Assembly (NCBI GenBank): GCA_951406725.2 | Contig: OX597817.1 | Coordinates: 54,684,001 to 54,748,000, forward strand | Length of the DNA stretch: 64,000 bases | Direction: 5' to 3' | DNA from: Octopus vulgaris | Lineage: Eukaryota | In this document: positions 27,978-38,471 of the stretch, one piece after another | Position numbering within the stretch: the first letter of the stretch is position 1 | How the letters are laid out: every line of letters starts with the position of its first letter | Notes under the pieces: model-generated | Told to the model about the DNA's origin: nothing | Seen by the model: only the letters and a program-made list of their open reading frames with translations | Databases searched by the model: none | Program-made: the position numbers and the translations under genes

Positions 27978-28507
27978 CACTGGCGAAAATATATTTAAGA
28001 CAGACGATAAAAGTTCTATTTCTTACAAAATATTTTGTTACTAACACCATACAAATTATTTTTATCTTTTACACCTTATGCACAATTTATTTCTCTTTCG
28101 AATGATGCAGACAATAAATATTTTTATGCAACTTGAAGAATTCTAATTAATATAAACTTTTCAAATTTACCGGGAAAATTAGTTTAAGACCATGTAATAT
28201 GTATGCATTTTGTTGGCCAAAATGGGTGGTCACACAACGAGCCTAAATGCACCATACAAAGTTATAATTTAATGTTATTATACAATTTATTAATAATGGG
28301 AAAACAACGTAGCCTTAGTCCAGTCACGAGAGCAAAAGTCGTATATTACAGCAAAAAGTTTCCTTTTCGAACATCAGCAAGCAACTAAACTGCAGTAAAC
28401 CGGCTTGCATGCATGCGTGGAAGTTATACTCGGAGACTGGTCAATATAAAGATCGGCAAAGGACTAGTAACAGAATATCATCGGTCTTAAATTTATTTTC
28501 GCCGGTG
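27978..28507 (+). mobile_element. internally deleted Tc1-like element
   Basis: TIRs cactggcgaaaatatatttaagac / gtcttaaatttattttcgccggtg; N-terminal relic MGKQRSLSPVTRAKV. Confidence 0.75.
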
Positions 28508-28536
28508 TGTATATTATATATATATATATATGTAAT

Positions 28537-29162
28537 GGGATCTTTTCCTTTTGAACGGCAGATGTCAACACAATTTCTAGTTAACTAAACACTTTTAAAC
28601 TTCGTATACTGGTAGAATGAGTTTATAAAACATCATTTTCTCTTGGTTTTATTGAGAAAATTCTATAGTCTGTAAGATATTTCGTCTGAAAATCCGAGCA
28701 TTACGGCAATTTTAACCAATTGATTACCTCCATTCAACTAAAATCATTTGCTGCGTCTAAAACTGAGACAACATCATGTAACCAACCCTAAACCTCCCCC
28801 TAACCCTAACCCTAAATTTTTTTTCTTAATTGTTAAATTAATTTAATTCCATTGCTTTAGTTTTTTTACACGCGTAACAATTAAATTAATTTAACAATTA
28901 AGAAAAAAAAATAGGGTTAGGGTTAGGGTTAGAGGGAGGTTTAGGTTAGTTACAGGATGTTGTCTCAGTTTTAGACGCAGCAAAGGATTTTAGCTCAAAA
29001 GAGAGCATAGGATTGGTTAAAATTCGAAAAATTAAACTACGTTAAACAAACAAATTACAATTTTCTCAAGAAAGCCAAGAGAAAAAATGTTTTATTTTGA
29101 CACATTCTACCAGTATACGAAGTTTTAAAGTTAACTAGAAATTGTCTGCCGTTCAAGATCCA
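28537..29162. mobile_element. foldback/MITE palindrome with internal telomere-type repeats
   Basis: ~300 bp inverted arms; (TAACCC)n at about 28800 and (GGGTTA)n at about 28914. Confidence 0.8.
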
Positions 29163-29390
29163 TATAATGTATATAACACGGGAATTTTAATGGAGATAAC
29201 CTGCAGTATATAGTACGACATTTTTGTCTCCGTATATGAGCTAAGTATTAATAAAATGTGGTATACGATAAAAATTTCGGATATTTGTCTTAAAACATTC
29301 AGACTAGAAAATTCAGATGTAGCACATGAGGTATTACTCCATACGAATATCCACATATTTATATTAATAGTTTCATGATAAAAATATAGA

Positions 29391-29956
29391 ATGGGTTGTC
29401 CGGAAAGTTCATGCCCATTTATAGTAGCTTATCTTTCGACTTACTTTAGAACATGTTTGAGTCCATAAAATAGGATTTGACTACACCTCCATTTAGAGCA
29501 CAGTTTAAGCTATCTTTTCTTGGAAGAAGATTTATGTTCCTATAACCTGTGTTAATTCTGTAACCCTTTGAATTAAAAGATGAGAAAGTTCATTTTCGGC
29601 ACTTGATGCTTTGGGAACTAGACAAAAATTGCTGCAGCTCGGCTGGGATGTGTTACCCCCACCCTCCATATTCACCAGATATTTCTCCTTTGGATTTCCA
29701 CTTATTTAGGTCTCTGCAAAATAGTCTTAATGGTGAAAATTTCAATTCCTTAGATGACGTAAAAAGATACCTTGATGAATTATTTGCCTTAAAACCACCC
29801 CAATTCTGGGAAGAGGGTATTTTCAAGGTAAAGGAAAGATGGAGACGTATTGTGCAACAAAATGGTTCAGATTTGGTTCATTAAAAATGTGATGGCAAGT
29901 ATTTAGTGACCTTTACTTTCCTTTAAAAATCGGAACGAACTTTCCGGACAACCCAA
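29391..29956 (+). mobile_element. internally deleted mariner
   Basis: TIRs tgggttgtccggaaagttc / gaactttccggacaaccca|TA; HPPYSPDISPLDFHLFRSLQN...W..GI..RW. Confidence 0.9.
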
Positions 29957-30197
29957 TATAAACATAACAATGAAATACGAATATAAACATGAAAAATAAA
30001 AACCTAAATTGAAAGAGGCGATTAAAATTTTTTTCCTAACCTGCAGCCGTTTCAGAAAAGTGATTGTACGAAGTATTCGAAATTCAGCCCTCCTTCCTCA
30101 GGGTTGCTTTCTTGAGGTAAAATCCAACAAAAAGCATTAAGGCACTACATGGTGAGTATTCAGTTGGTGAAAGTTCAGTTTTTGAGTATCGATGACT

Positions 30198-30765
30198 GTT
30201 TCTTTATTGCCCACAAGGGGCCAACATAGAGGGGAAAAGCACAACATGATTGGGGTCATGTTAAAACAATGATGAACAACATAAAAATGCAAGTGAAAAT
30301 ACAATAAAAATTTACAAAAAATCGAAAAATCGAATGTTACACTTTTTACACAACAAACAACAAAAGACGCATGAAGCGGGAAAAAAACAGGATCGCCGAC
30401 CCCACGAGCCCTGTTTTTCCCACTGAAACATGGTAACTGACTTATGGCGTGTTCATGAAGTAACTTTTACTCTCAGCAATCGTGCAACACGCTTCCATCT
30501 TTTTTGGAACTCGCGTACTGACAGACACCTTTTCTCTAGCTCTACCTTTCTTTTTAGGTGGAACTTAAAAAAGTTCACCAAGGCGACGCCAGAGATCATA
30601 GTGTCTGTCTTTATACCTTTCGTTCTGGTCTTCCATATAATCTCTTTCGCTTCTGCTACTATGACGAGAAAGCAATGCTTACCTTCGTTTGTCAAAAAAC
30701 TAGGCGAGTCAATTTTTAGAATTGTCTCAGCCGATAGTTCAAATTCCGACAACATAAACTTCACA
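30198..30765 (-). mobile_element. 3' end of Tx1/L1-type LINE
   Basis: C-terminus AKEIIWKTR...FFKFHLKRKVELEK...FQKRWKRVARL; T-rich 3'UTR ending ggccccttgtgggcaataaagaaa. Confidence 0.6.
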
Positions 30766-31228
30766 TTTCCTCCTTTCGGGGTCGATAAAATAAGTATCAG
30801 TTAAGTACTGGAGTCGATTGCTGATCGTTTGCCAAAATTCGAAACAAATGTTGAGATTAGTTCCAATCCGAAGTCATTAATTCTGATCGTATTTCTTGTG
30901 TCTCTTCTAATATGTCTTCAAACCAATTTTCTGGAACAAAGTCATTCTTTTATCACTCTCATTGTCTTTAAGATTATTATAGTATTTTTTTTACCTCCTA
31001 CAACTATTGTTCGTGTGTTTCACTTTAAACAACCTTAACTATGAAAAGAAATCTTCACTTATAAGTAAAAGCTTTAAAATAAGGGTACAACTAGCAGTGT
31101 TACCCTGCAATAATTATTTAACACTAAACTATGGAAAGAGATCAAAGACAGAACCGTAAATTTTGACATAATGAAACAAGTTTGATGGTTGCACTATGCA
31201 CAACTTTAAGGGACATTACTTTCCCCAC

Positions 31229-31283
<55 letters not shown>

Positions 31284-31324
31284 TACATATGTGTACCATT
31301 ACTTGTGATTGTGACAACATTTAC

Positions 31325-31389
31325 CTGAGTTGGGTTGAGCCTGCTCCGGTTAACGAGTTCACCACGTCCCTCACAAATGCTGACCACAT
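31325..31389 (-). other. candidate host exon (MWSAFVRDVVNSLTGAGSTQL..|GT)
   Basis: Non-repetitive, GC-richer island with an ATG-started frame ending at a strong donor CAG|GTAAAT; no homology recognised. Confidence 0.2.
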
Positions 31390-31799
31390 CCGACAGTCGG
31401 CCCTAATATTTCAGCAGGCTGAGTAATGCTTCTGCCTACACCCCAAAAATACAACTTCGAAATTTGACAAATACCCTACTGGGCGAGCAAATACATCGAA
31501 TAGCTCGGACGCCGTGGTCGTAGTCATTGATCGTTGTTGAGGAGTAGAGGTCATGTCGGGAACACGAACCTTGTATATGTGTGTTATGTTTCTATTTAAA
31601 ATATCTACCTTACCCTCCCCAACTATCTCTCTCTCATACACACACACAAACATTCTATCAGTTTATCTGCGTGGATGTGTGTTTGCTGACAGTGCCAAAA
31701 AACTTTGTCGCTAAACAAGCTGAATGTATCCAGTCAATCGGGCTAGTCGTTAACGTCAAAACAGCTGCGCCGTATCGTCCCTTCTGTCTTTAATTATGG

Positions 31800-32010
31800 A
31801 GAGCTGGCAGAAACGTTAGCACGCCGGGCGAAATCCTTAGCCGTATTTCGTCTGTCTTTACGTTCTGATTTCAAATTCCGCCGAGGTCGACTTTGCCTTT
31901 CATCCTCTCGGGGTCGATAAATTAAGTACGAGTTGTGCACTGGGGTCGATCTAATCCACTGGCCCCCCTCCCCTAAAATTTCAGGCCTTGTGGCTAGAGT
32001 AGAAAAGAAT
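31800..32010 (+). mobile_element. SINE family B monomer (purine-tail subtype)
   Basis: Full head and body; tail ccttgtggctagagtagaaaagaat. Confidence 0.85.
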
Positions 32011-32126
32011 TATGGAACGTATTCGAAAATCCAATAATAATTTTAAACATTGAGAGAAGTCTCAGAGTTGCTTATTAAAGAACTTAAACGATGAATTCGG
32101 AAACATGATTGAAACTTTAATATAAT

Positions 32127-32534
32127 GGCGCAGGAGTGGCTGTGTGGTAAGTAGCTTGCTAGTCAACTACATGGTTCCGGGTTCAGTCCCACTGCGTGGC
32201 ATCTTGGGCAAGTGTCTTCTGCTATAGCCCCAGGCCGACCAATGCCTTGTGAGTGGATTTGGTAGACGGAAACTGAAAGAAGCCTGTCGTATATATGTGT
32301 ATATATGTATGTGTGTGTGTATGTTTGTGTGTCTGTGTTTGTCCCCCTAGCATTGCTTGACAACCGATGCTGGTGTGTTTACATCCCCGTAACTTAGCGG
32401 CTCGGCAAAAGAGACCGATAGAATAAGTACTGGGCTTACAAAGAATAAGTCCCGGGGTCGATTTGCTCGACTAAAGGTGGTGCTCCAGCATGGCCGCAGT
32501 CAAATGACTGAAATAAGTAAAAGAGTAAAAGAGT
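32127..32534 (+). mobile_element. SINE family A, full length
   Basis: Close to family consensus; (AAAAGAGT)n tail. Confidence 0.9.
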
Positions 32535-32545
32535 ATAATATAAAA

Positions 32546-32760
32546 AGCGGCAAGCTGGCAGAAACGTTAGCTCGCAGGCCGAAATGCTTTGTGGTATTTC
32601 GTCCGCCGTTACGTTCTGAGTTAAAATTCCATCGACGTTGATTTTCTCCTTCATCCATCGGGGGGTCGATAAAATAAGCACTAGTTGAGTACTAGGGTCG
32701 ATGTAATCAATTTACCCACTTCTCTCGTAATTGCTGGTCATGTGCCACAATCCGAAACCA
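32546..32760 (+). mobile_element. SINE family B
   Basis: Head and body match family B. Confidence 0.75.
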
Positions 32761-34254
32761 ATAAAATGAGAAAATGTTAAGAATTTCTACAAATTATTCC
32801 ATCAAAACGGGAAGCACTGGAATTTCTACTTTTCCACAGCACTTTGGTATCACGGAAGCAAGCTTGCCATTCAGTTTCGATTTTCTGCGAAATTCATTTA
32901 ATTTAAGTTATAACAAATTATTAGTTTCTCTTCAGTTTTGTTACCATTGTTATCGAAACAATTCATTAAATCTTCACAAGAATATTTAATTAAATAAATA
33001 AATAAGAGTCTCTACACGAGACTCACGGTTAAATGCATTTAATTAAAATGTCTTGCCGTTAATAATAAATCACAACAGACTTTTCTTCATTTATATTTTG
33101 TTTGCAAAATAATATTTATCCAAACAAACAACGGCAATCACTGTAGTCGTGTGAGGAAGAGCTTCCTATGCCTCACTTTCTGGATTTTAGTCGGTACATC
33201 ATCAGATTCTTAAACTATTTAACGCTCTTGTGATAGTTTGTAATCTTTCTCGCGACATACCAACCTCCACACAGTGTCCCAGATTTCCTGACATTCTAAC
33301 CCTCCCATACAAGCACACACACACACACACACACACACCACCTCATATCATTATCATCGACGCCAGCTTCACCATCACAGCCAAGTTTTAGCACCACCAC
33401 CGCTGCCGCCACCAGCATTAGCACAAGTAACATCACCACCAGCTGCAGCACACCACGACCACCGCCACCCATCACTACTGCACCGTCAATACCCCCAACA
33501 ACCACTATCACCTTTCCCACCAGCAGAAGCACCACACTGCGCAACCACCACCACCACCACCACCAACACCATCGTCGCCAAATTTGAAGTTCTTTCTGGC
33601 AATAAACAAATTAATTTTGTCTTCGAGATGCAATTCTTTAAAAAAATAGATTTACTGATTTATTGATTTCAAATTTTGGATTAAGGCCAGCAAATTCGGG
33701 GGCAGGAATTAAAACGATTTCATCGACCCACATTGTTCGACTGGTACTTATTTTATCGACCACGAAAGGATGAAAAGCGAATTCAACCACTGCAGAATTC
33801 GACTTCAGAACATAAAGACGGACGAAACGCCGATTCGCATTTCTACCGACTTGCTAGTGATTTTACCAGCTTACCGTCTTCAAATCCTGGCTCAAGGTCA
33901 GTCATTTCAGGGCATTTTAAGGTCCAGTTTTCAGTTGGACCTTATTTTATCGACCAATCTCGGTGGAGTTCATCTCAGAAGATAAAAGTGGACAAATTGA
34001 TCTCAAAGCGTAAAAATGGACAAATTCCGATGAGGTAGACATTGCATTTCATCCTTTCGGGATCGATAAAATAAGTACCAGTTGCACACTGGGGTAATTT
34101 AATTGACATACCTTACCCCACCAAATTGCTGAATTTTTGCCCAAATTTCAAATAAATGTTGAAAGTAGTTCCAATGCCGCTAAGCATTTTGCCCGGCGTG
34201 GTAACAACGATTCTGCCAGTTCACCGATTTATTCTTCCTACTCTAGATTCTTAT

Positions 34255-34489
34255 ACCTATTTCTTTAGTACCCACAAGGGGCTAAACACAGAGGGGACGA
34301 ACAAGGATAGACAAACGGATTAAGTCGATTATATCGACACCAGTGCGTAACTGGTACGTATTTAATCTACCCCGAAAGGATGAAAGGCAAAGTCGACCTC
34401 GGCAGAATTTGAACTCAGAACATAACGGCAAACGAAATACGGTTACGCATTTCGACCGGCGTGCTAACGTTTCTGCCAGCTTGCCGCCT
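34255..34489 (-). mobile_element. SINE family B, Tx1-tail subtype
   Basis: Tail ...gccccttgtgggtactaaagaaataggta. Confidence 0.85.
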
Positions 34490-35118
34490 TTATTCTCATA
34501 TTAATAGCTTGCCGCCTAGATTCTTATACCGTAGCAGTGTTTCATGCAATACTTTACAAGCGAACAGCATCACAATACGCAATACACCACAAAATGCGAC
34601 GCCGTGTTGCGGTTATAAACAAACACACTGTAAAAAATCTTGTCTACTATATGACTTATCAAAAAATACCATAGTTTAAGAAGAGTGTTAGAAAAGAAAA
34701 AAAAAATTTATCACAAATACACGTTTCGAAACCGAATTTAGAAGATATTGCACTTTACTGATGAGAATAATATCTTAGAGAAAATTGAATTACCAAGGTG
34801 ACAAAATGACATTTCCTCTCACTTAAAATATAGAAATGTTCGGCTAATTAAAGAAGAAAAAACGTAAGCATACTTCGTTTCCTAGTTTTAAAGCAGGCAC
34901 TTAAGCTGAAGTACACTGTCTACTCGCAGACTACCTAAATGGACTTGTTAAATTTATTATGGTGTACACGTTATAAAGCTGTTTATTTCCATGAAATACA
35001 AATTTACCCACACAACTAAACGTTGAAAGGTACACGCAGACAGACAAATACACACATTTTCACACACACAGACACATACACGCATGCACAAATACACAAG
35101 CACACACAGTTGCACATT

Positions 35119-35152
<34 letters not shown>

Positions 35153-35338
35153 TGTAAATATACTTATAAAAGTATATATATATCCTGTGATTAACAGCTT
35201 TTACAGAATTGGGAGTTTTGAATCAAAATCTTTTATATACAAGTGATTTGAACTTCGATATATATATATATATATACATATACACACATACATATATATA
35301 TACATAGGTATATTTGTATATATATGTATATATAAATA

Positions 35339-35376
<38 letters not shown>

Positions 35377-35507
35377 TATATACATATATATATGTGTGTG
35401 TGTATGTGTGAGTGCATCTGGTGTGCATACATTCATGTATGTAATATATGTATATATGTATATTTGTGTGTGCGTTCGTGTATTAGTGCGTGTCTGTGTA
35501 TGAAATA

Positions 35508-35547
<40 letters not shown>

Positions 35548-35597
35548 TACATATGTATATACATACATACATACATCACATACACACACACACACAT

Positions 35598-35636
<39 letters not shown>

Positions 35637-36057
35637 CATACATATATATATACATATATAGCGCATTGTTGTAAATATACTACGAAATTGCGGTCCATTT
35701 GTGCTTTGGACGTATTTAAACAACCTGTGTAAGTGTAGCGCTACTAAAACGCAATTACAAACCAAACGGAATGCACTTAAGTCAAGATCCTTCTCATGTC
35801 CTGAAAGCAACGTCATCTTAACAAGACAAACACCATTTTGTCACGAGGTCACTTGAATTTTGTCTATGTCCGTCTCACATCCTACAGCCGTCAACATCGC
35901 TTGAGATTATTTTGAAAAATTATCAGTCATATTGTCACTTTATTGCAGGAATGTAGGAGTGGTGAATGGTAAATTGAGTTATGCCATTTCCTCATGTAGC
36001 TTTCTCTGAGCAGACTCTGCAAGATTTCTTCACATTTACTGTCAATATATATATAGA

Positions 36058-36317
36058 CACAGTGTTCAAAAAGTCTCTCTGCAATGTCTTTTTTCATCTT
36101 GACTTTCGAAGAGTCAGACGCTCCTAGATGTGTTTCAAAACATGTGTAGAAGAGTCAACTTACGTATTGAAAACGAAAGTCGACACCTTCAACATCTTTT
36201 GTTAAGATTTTTAAAGTATTGTAAAGTCTAACATATTCTTTTGTAGTCTTATACCATCTTATAAAAATTTATTTTGCAATAAAATACTTACTGCGGAGGG
36301 ACTTTTTGAACACCCTC
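36058..36317. mobile_element. Tc1/mariner-derived MITE
   Basis: TIRs gtgttcaaaaagtctctctgca / tgcggagggactttttgaacac. Confidence 0.7.
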
Positions 36318-36328
36318 CATTTGCGTGT

Positions 36329-36374
<46 letters not shown>

Positions 36375-36400
36375 ATATACCTACATATATATATGTATCT

Positions 36401-36433
<33 letters not shown>

Positions 36434-36471
36434 CATACATACCTACATACATACATACATACATACATACA

Positions 36472-36505
<34 letters not shown>

Positions 36506-36928
36506 CATTCAATACCTTTTTTTTTGCTGTATTGTGCATCCGTTTCATTTTGCATCTGTCATTTAGTATTGATCTTCTGTGGAAATGAAGCTGTGTCCTT
36601 TAATTTGTTGCTTTTCTATACACAAAATGAGAAGATACCTCGTAGAACAGTACTTATTTTAATGAGACATCACCTGAAGAGACACATCTAAACCAACAGA
36701 TGCTCCTAAACTAGTTGTTAAGTATCTGACCCATGAACGATCAATGGTAGATGGGTTGAAGCAACTGTAGTGATTAATAAACAATCTTATTTATATAAGA
36801 TTAATGCCTCTCTCATTAATCAAATATTTATATATAGAGAGAAAGAAAGAACAAAGTGAACGTACGCCGCTGGATATATATAATATATATATTATATATA
36901 TTTTTTATATATATTATATATAATATAT

Positions 36929-36959
<31 letters not shown>

Positions 36960-36982
36960 TTATATATTTTTTATATATATAT

Positions 36983-37013
<31 letters not shown>

Positions 37014-37238
37014 TTATATATTTTTTATATATATATTATATATATTTATATGGTTTTCATTTAACTACAAATTGTTATATACACCTGTTTTTCTTTTAAT
37101 ATCCTCAAACAACCAAATAATCAAAAACTCACACCCTTAAGAGAGAACATTTATATATATATACACTTCTTTAACTCCCAAGAAAGAATATATATATTTT
37201 CAAAAATCAAAAGGAAAACAAACAAAAGAAAAACAAAC

Positions 37239-38471
37239 ATGACTAACTTGCAGGCCTGCAACAGACGAAATTGGTCTGATAACGAAATTGATGTTTTAAT
37301 AAATACATGGTTCTCTCTTTCCCAAACAGAAAATCTAAATGTCTTGTGTTTGAATGAGATTGCCGAAAAAACATCACAAGTGGTCAACACACGATCCGTC
37401 AAACAGATTCGTAGCAAGCTGAAACATATCGAAGTATCTTTCAAACTGATAAAAGGCCATTATGAAAAGCTTCTTCATATTTTCACAGTTCAAGAACAAC
37501 AACAGCTAGAAAATCAGCAGCCACAACAACAACAACAACAGAATGAGCCACTCCTGGTTCCCAGCACAATGGCTGACCCTAACATCGGTCAAGCACAACA
37601 ACAACAACAACAACAGCCACAGCAACAAGAACAACAACAGCCACTCCTCAACTCTAGCTTACTAGATGATTCACTAAATGCCAGTATCTTTTCACCGCTC
37701 TCACAGCAACCACCACAATTATCATCATCATCATCACCACCGCTGCCACCATCGTCTTCTATCACCAAAAATACCAACAGAAAACCAAATAAGAAACCAC
37801 TGCCCTCTTCCCCCACATCACCACCTCAATACTACTGCAGTAACAAAAACTTAAAGAAACATAGGAAGCAGAATGCCCCCCCCACAGCACAAACAAGAAA
37901 TCCCCAAATATGCCGCTATTCACTGCGCCAGAGACTCTGCACAAATAGTGACTGCATCTTCACGCATCTACCCGGCACTAGACGCACTACCGGCCAAGGC
38001 CAAAGCACGCATCCCACAATAATATCAACACCACCAAATAGTAAATCGAAATTCAAAACACACACAACTCGGAGTCCCAAAATCTGCCGGTATTCCCAAC
38101 GTGAGAGAACATGTCTACTGAGTGACTGTCCCTTCACCCATCTTCCAGGGACCCGACGCACAAACAGAAACGGGGCTTCAAGCCAACACACAAACCTGAA
38201 TAACAATAAAAATAGAAACACACCATGCTTCAGTAATGCTGGTCCAGTCTTTTCAGGAAGACACAAAAACAACAACAACAAAAGTGGAAACTACAACCCT
38301 ATCCAACAGTGCAACCACACCTCCAGCCAAAAACTGCTCCCTAAGCAGGAAAATTCTTTTTTAGCCATGTTGAACATGGCAAAAGAGATACACAAAAACA
38401 TTCTAGCCATCACTCAACACCATCCTATGCTATTACCCCAGTGCACCAATTCCCCACATTGCTGCCACTAA
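37239..38471 (+). CDS. LINE ORF1: Myb/SANT-like N-terminus, Q/S/P-rich linker, two CCCH zinc fingers
   Basis: 410 aa open frame; WSDNEIDVLINTW...RSVKQIRSKLKHI; two C-x8-C-x4-C-x3-H repeats at 37911-37967 and 38085-38141. Confidence 0.85.
   Translation: MTNLQACNRRNWSDNEIDVLINTWFSLSQTENLNVLCLNEIAEKTSQVVNTRSVKQIRSKLKHIEVSFKLIKGHYEKLLHIFTVQEQQQLENQQPQQQQQQNEPLLVPSTMADPNIGQAQQQQQQQPQQQEQQQPLLNSSLLDDSLNASIFSPLSQQPPQLSSSSSPPLPPSSSITKNTNRKPNKKPLPSSPTSPPQYYCSNKNLKKHRKQNAPPTAQTRNPQICRYSLRQRLCTNSDCIFTHLPGTRRTTGQGQSTHPTIISTPPNSKSKFKTHTTRSPKICRYSQRERTCLLSDCPFTHLPGTRRTNRNGASSQHTNLNNNKNRNTPCFSNAGPVFSGRHKNNNNKSGNYNPIQQCNHTSSQKLLPKQENSFLAMLNMAKEIHKNILAITQHHPMLLPQCTNSPHCCH
38357..38380 (+). promoter_or_regulatory. 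candidate -1 ribosomal frameshift signal
   Basis: T_TTT_TTA in ORF1 phase followed by hairpin GCCATGT-TGA-ACATGGC; the -1 frame is open from 38345 into ORF2. Confidence 0.6.

Noticed and set aside
28795-28932. True telomere or chromosome fusion site
   Set aside because: Only 2-3 hexamers per side, inside a palindromic element, and in the opposite orientation to an end-to-end fusion.
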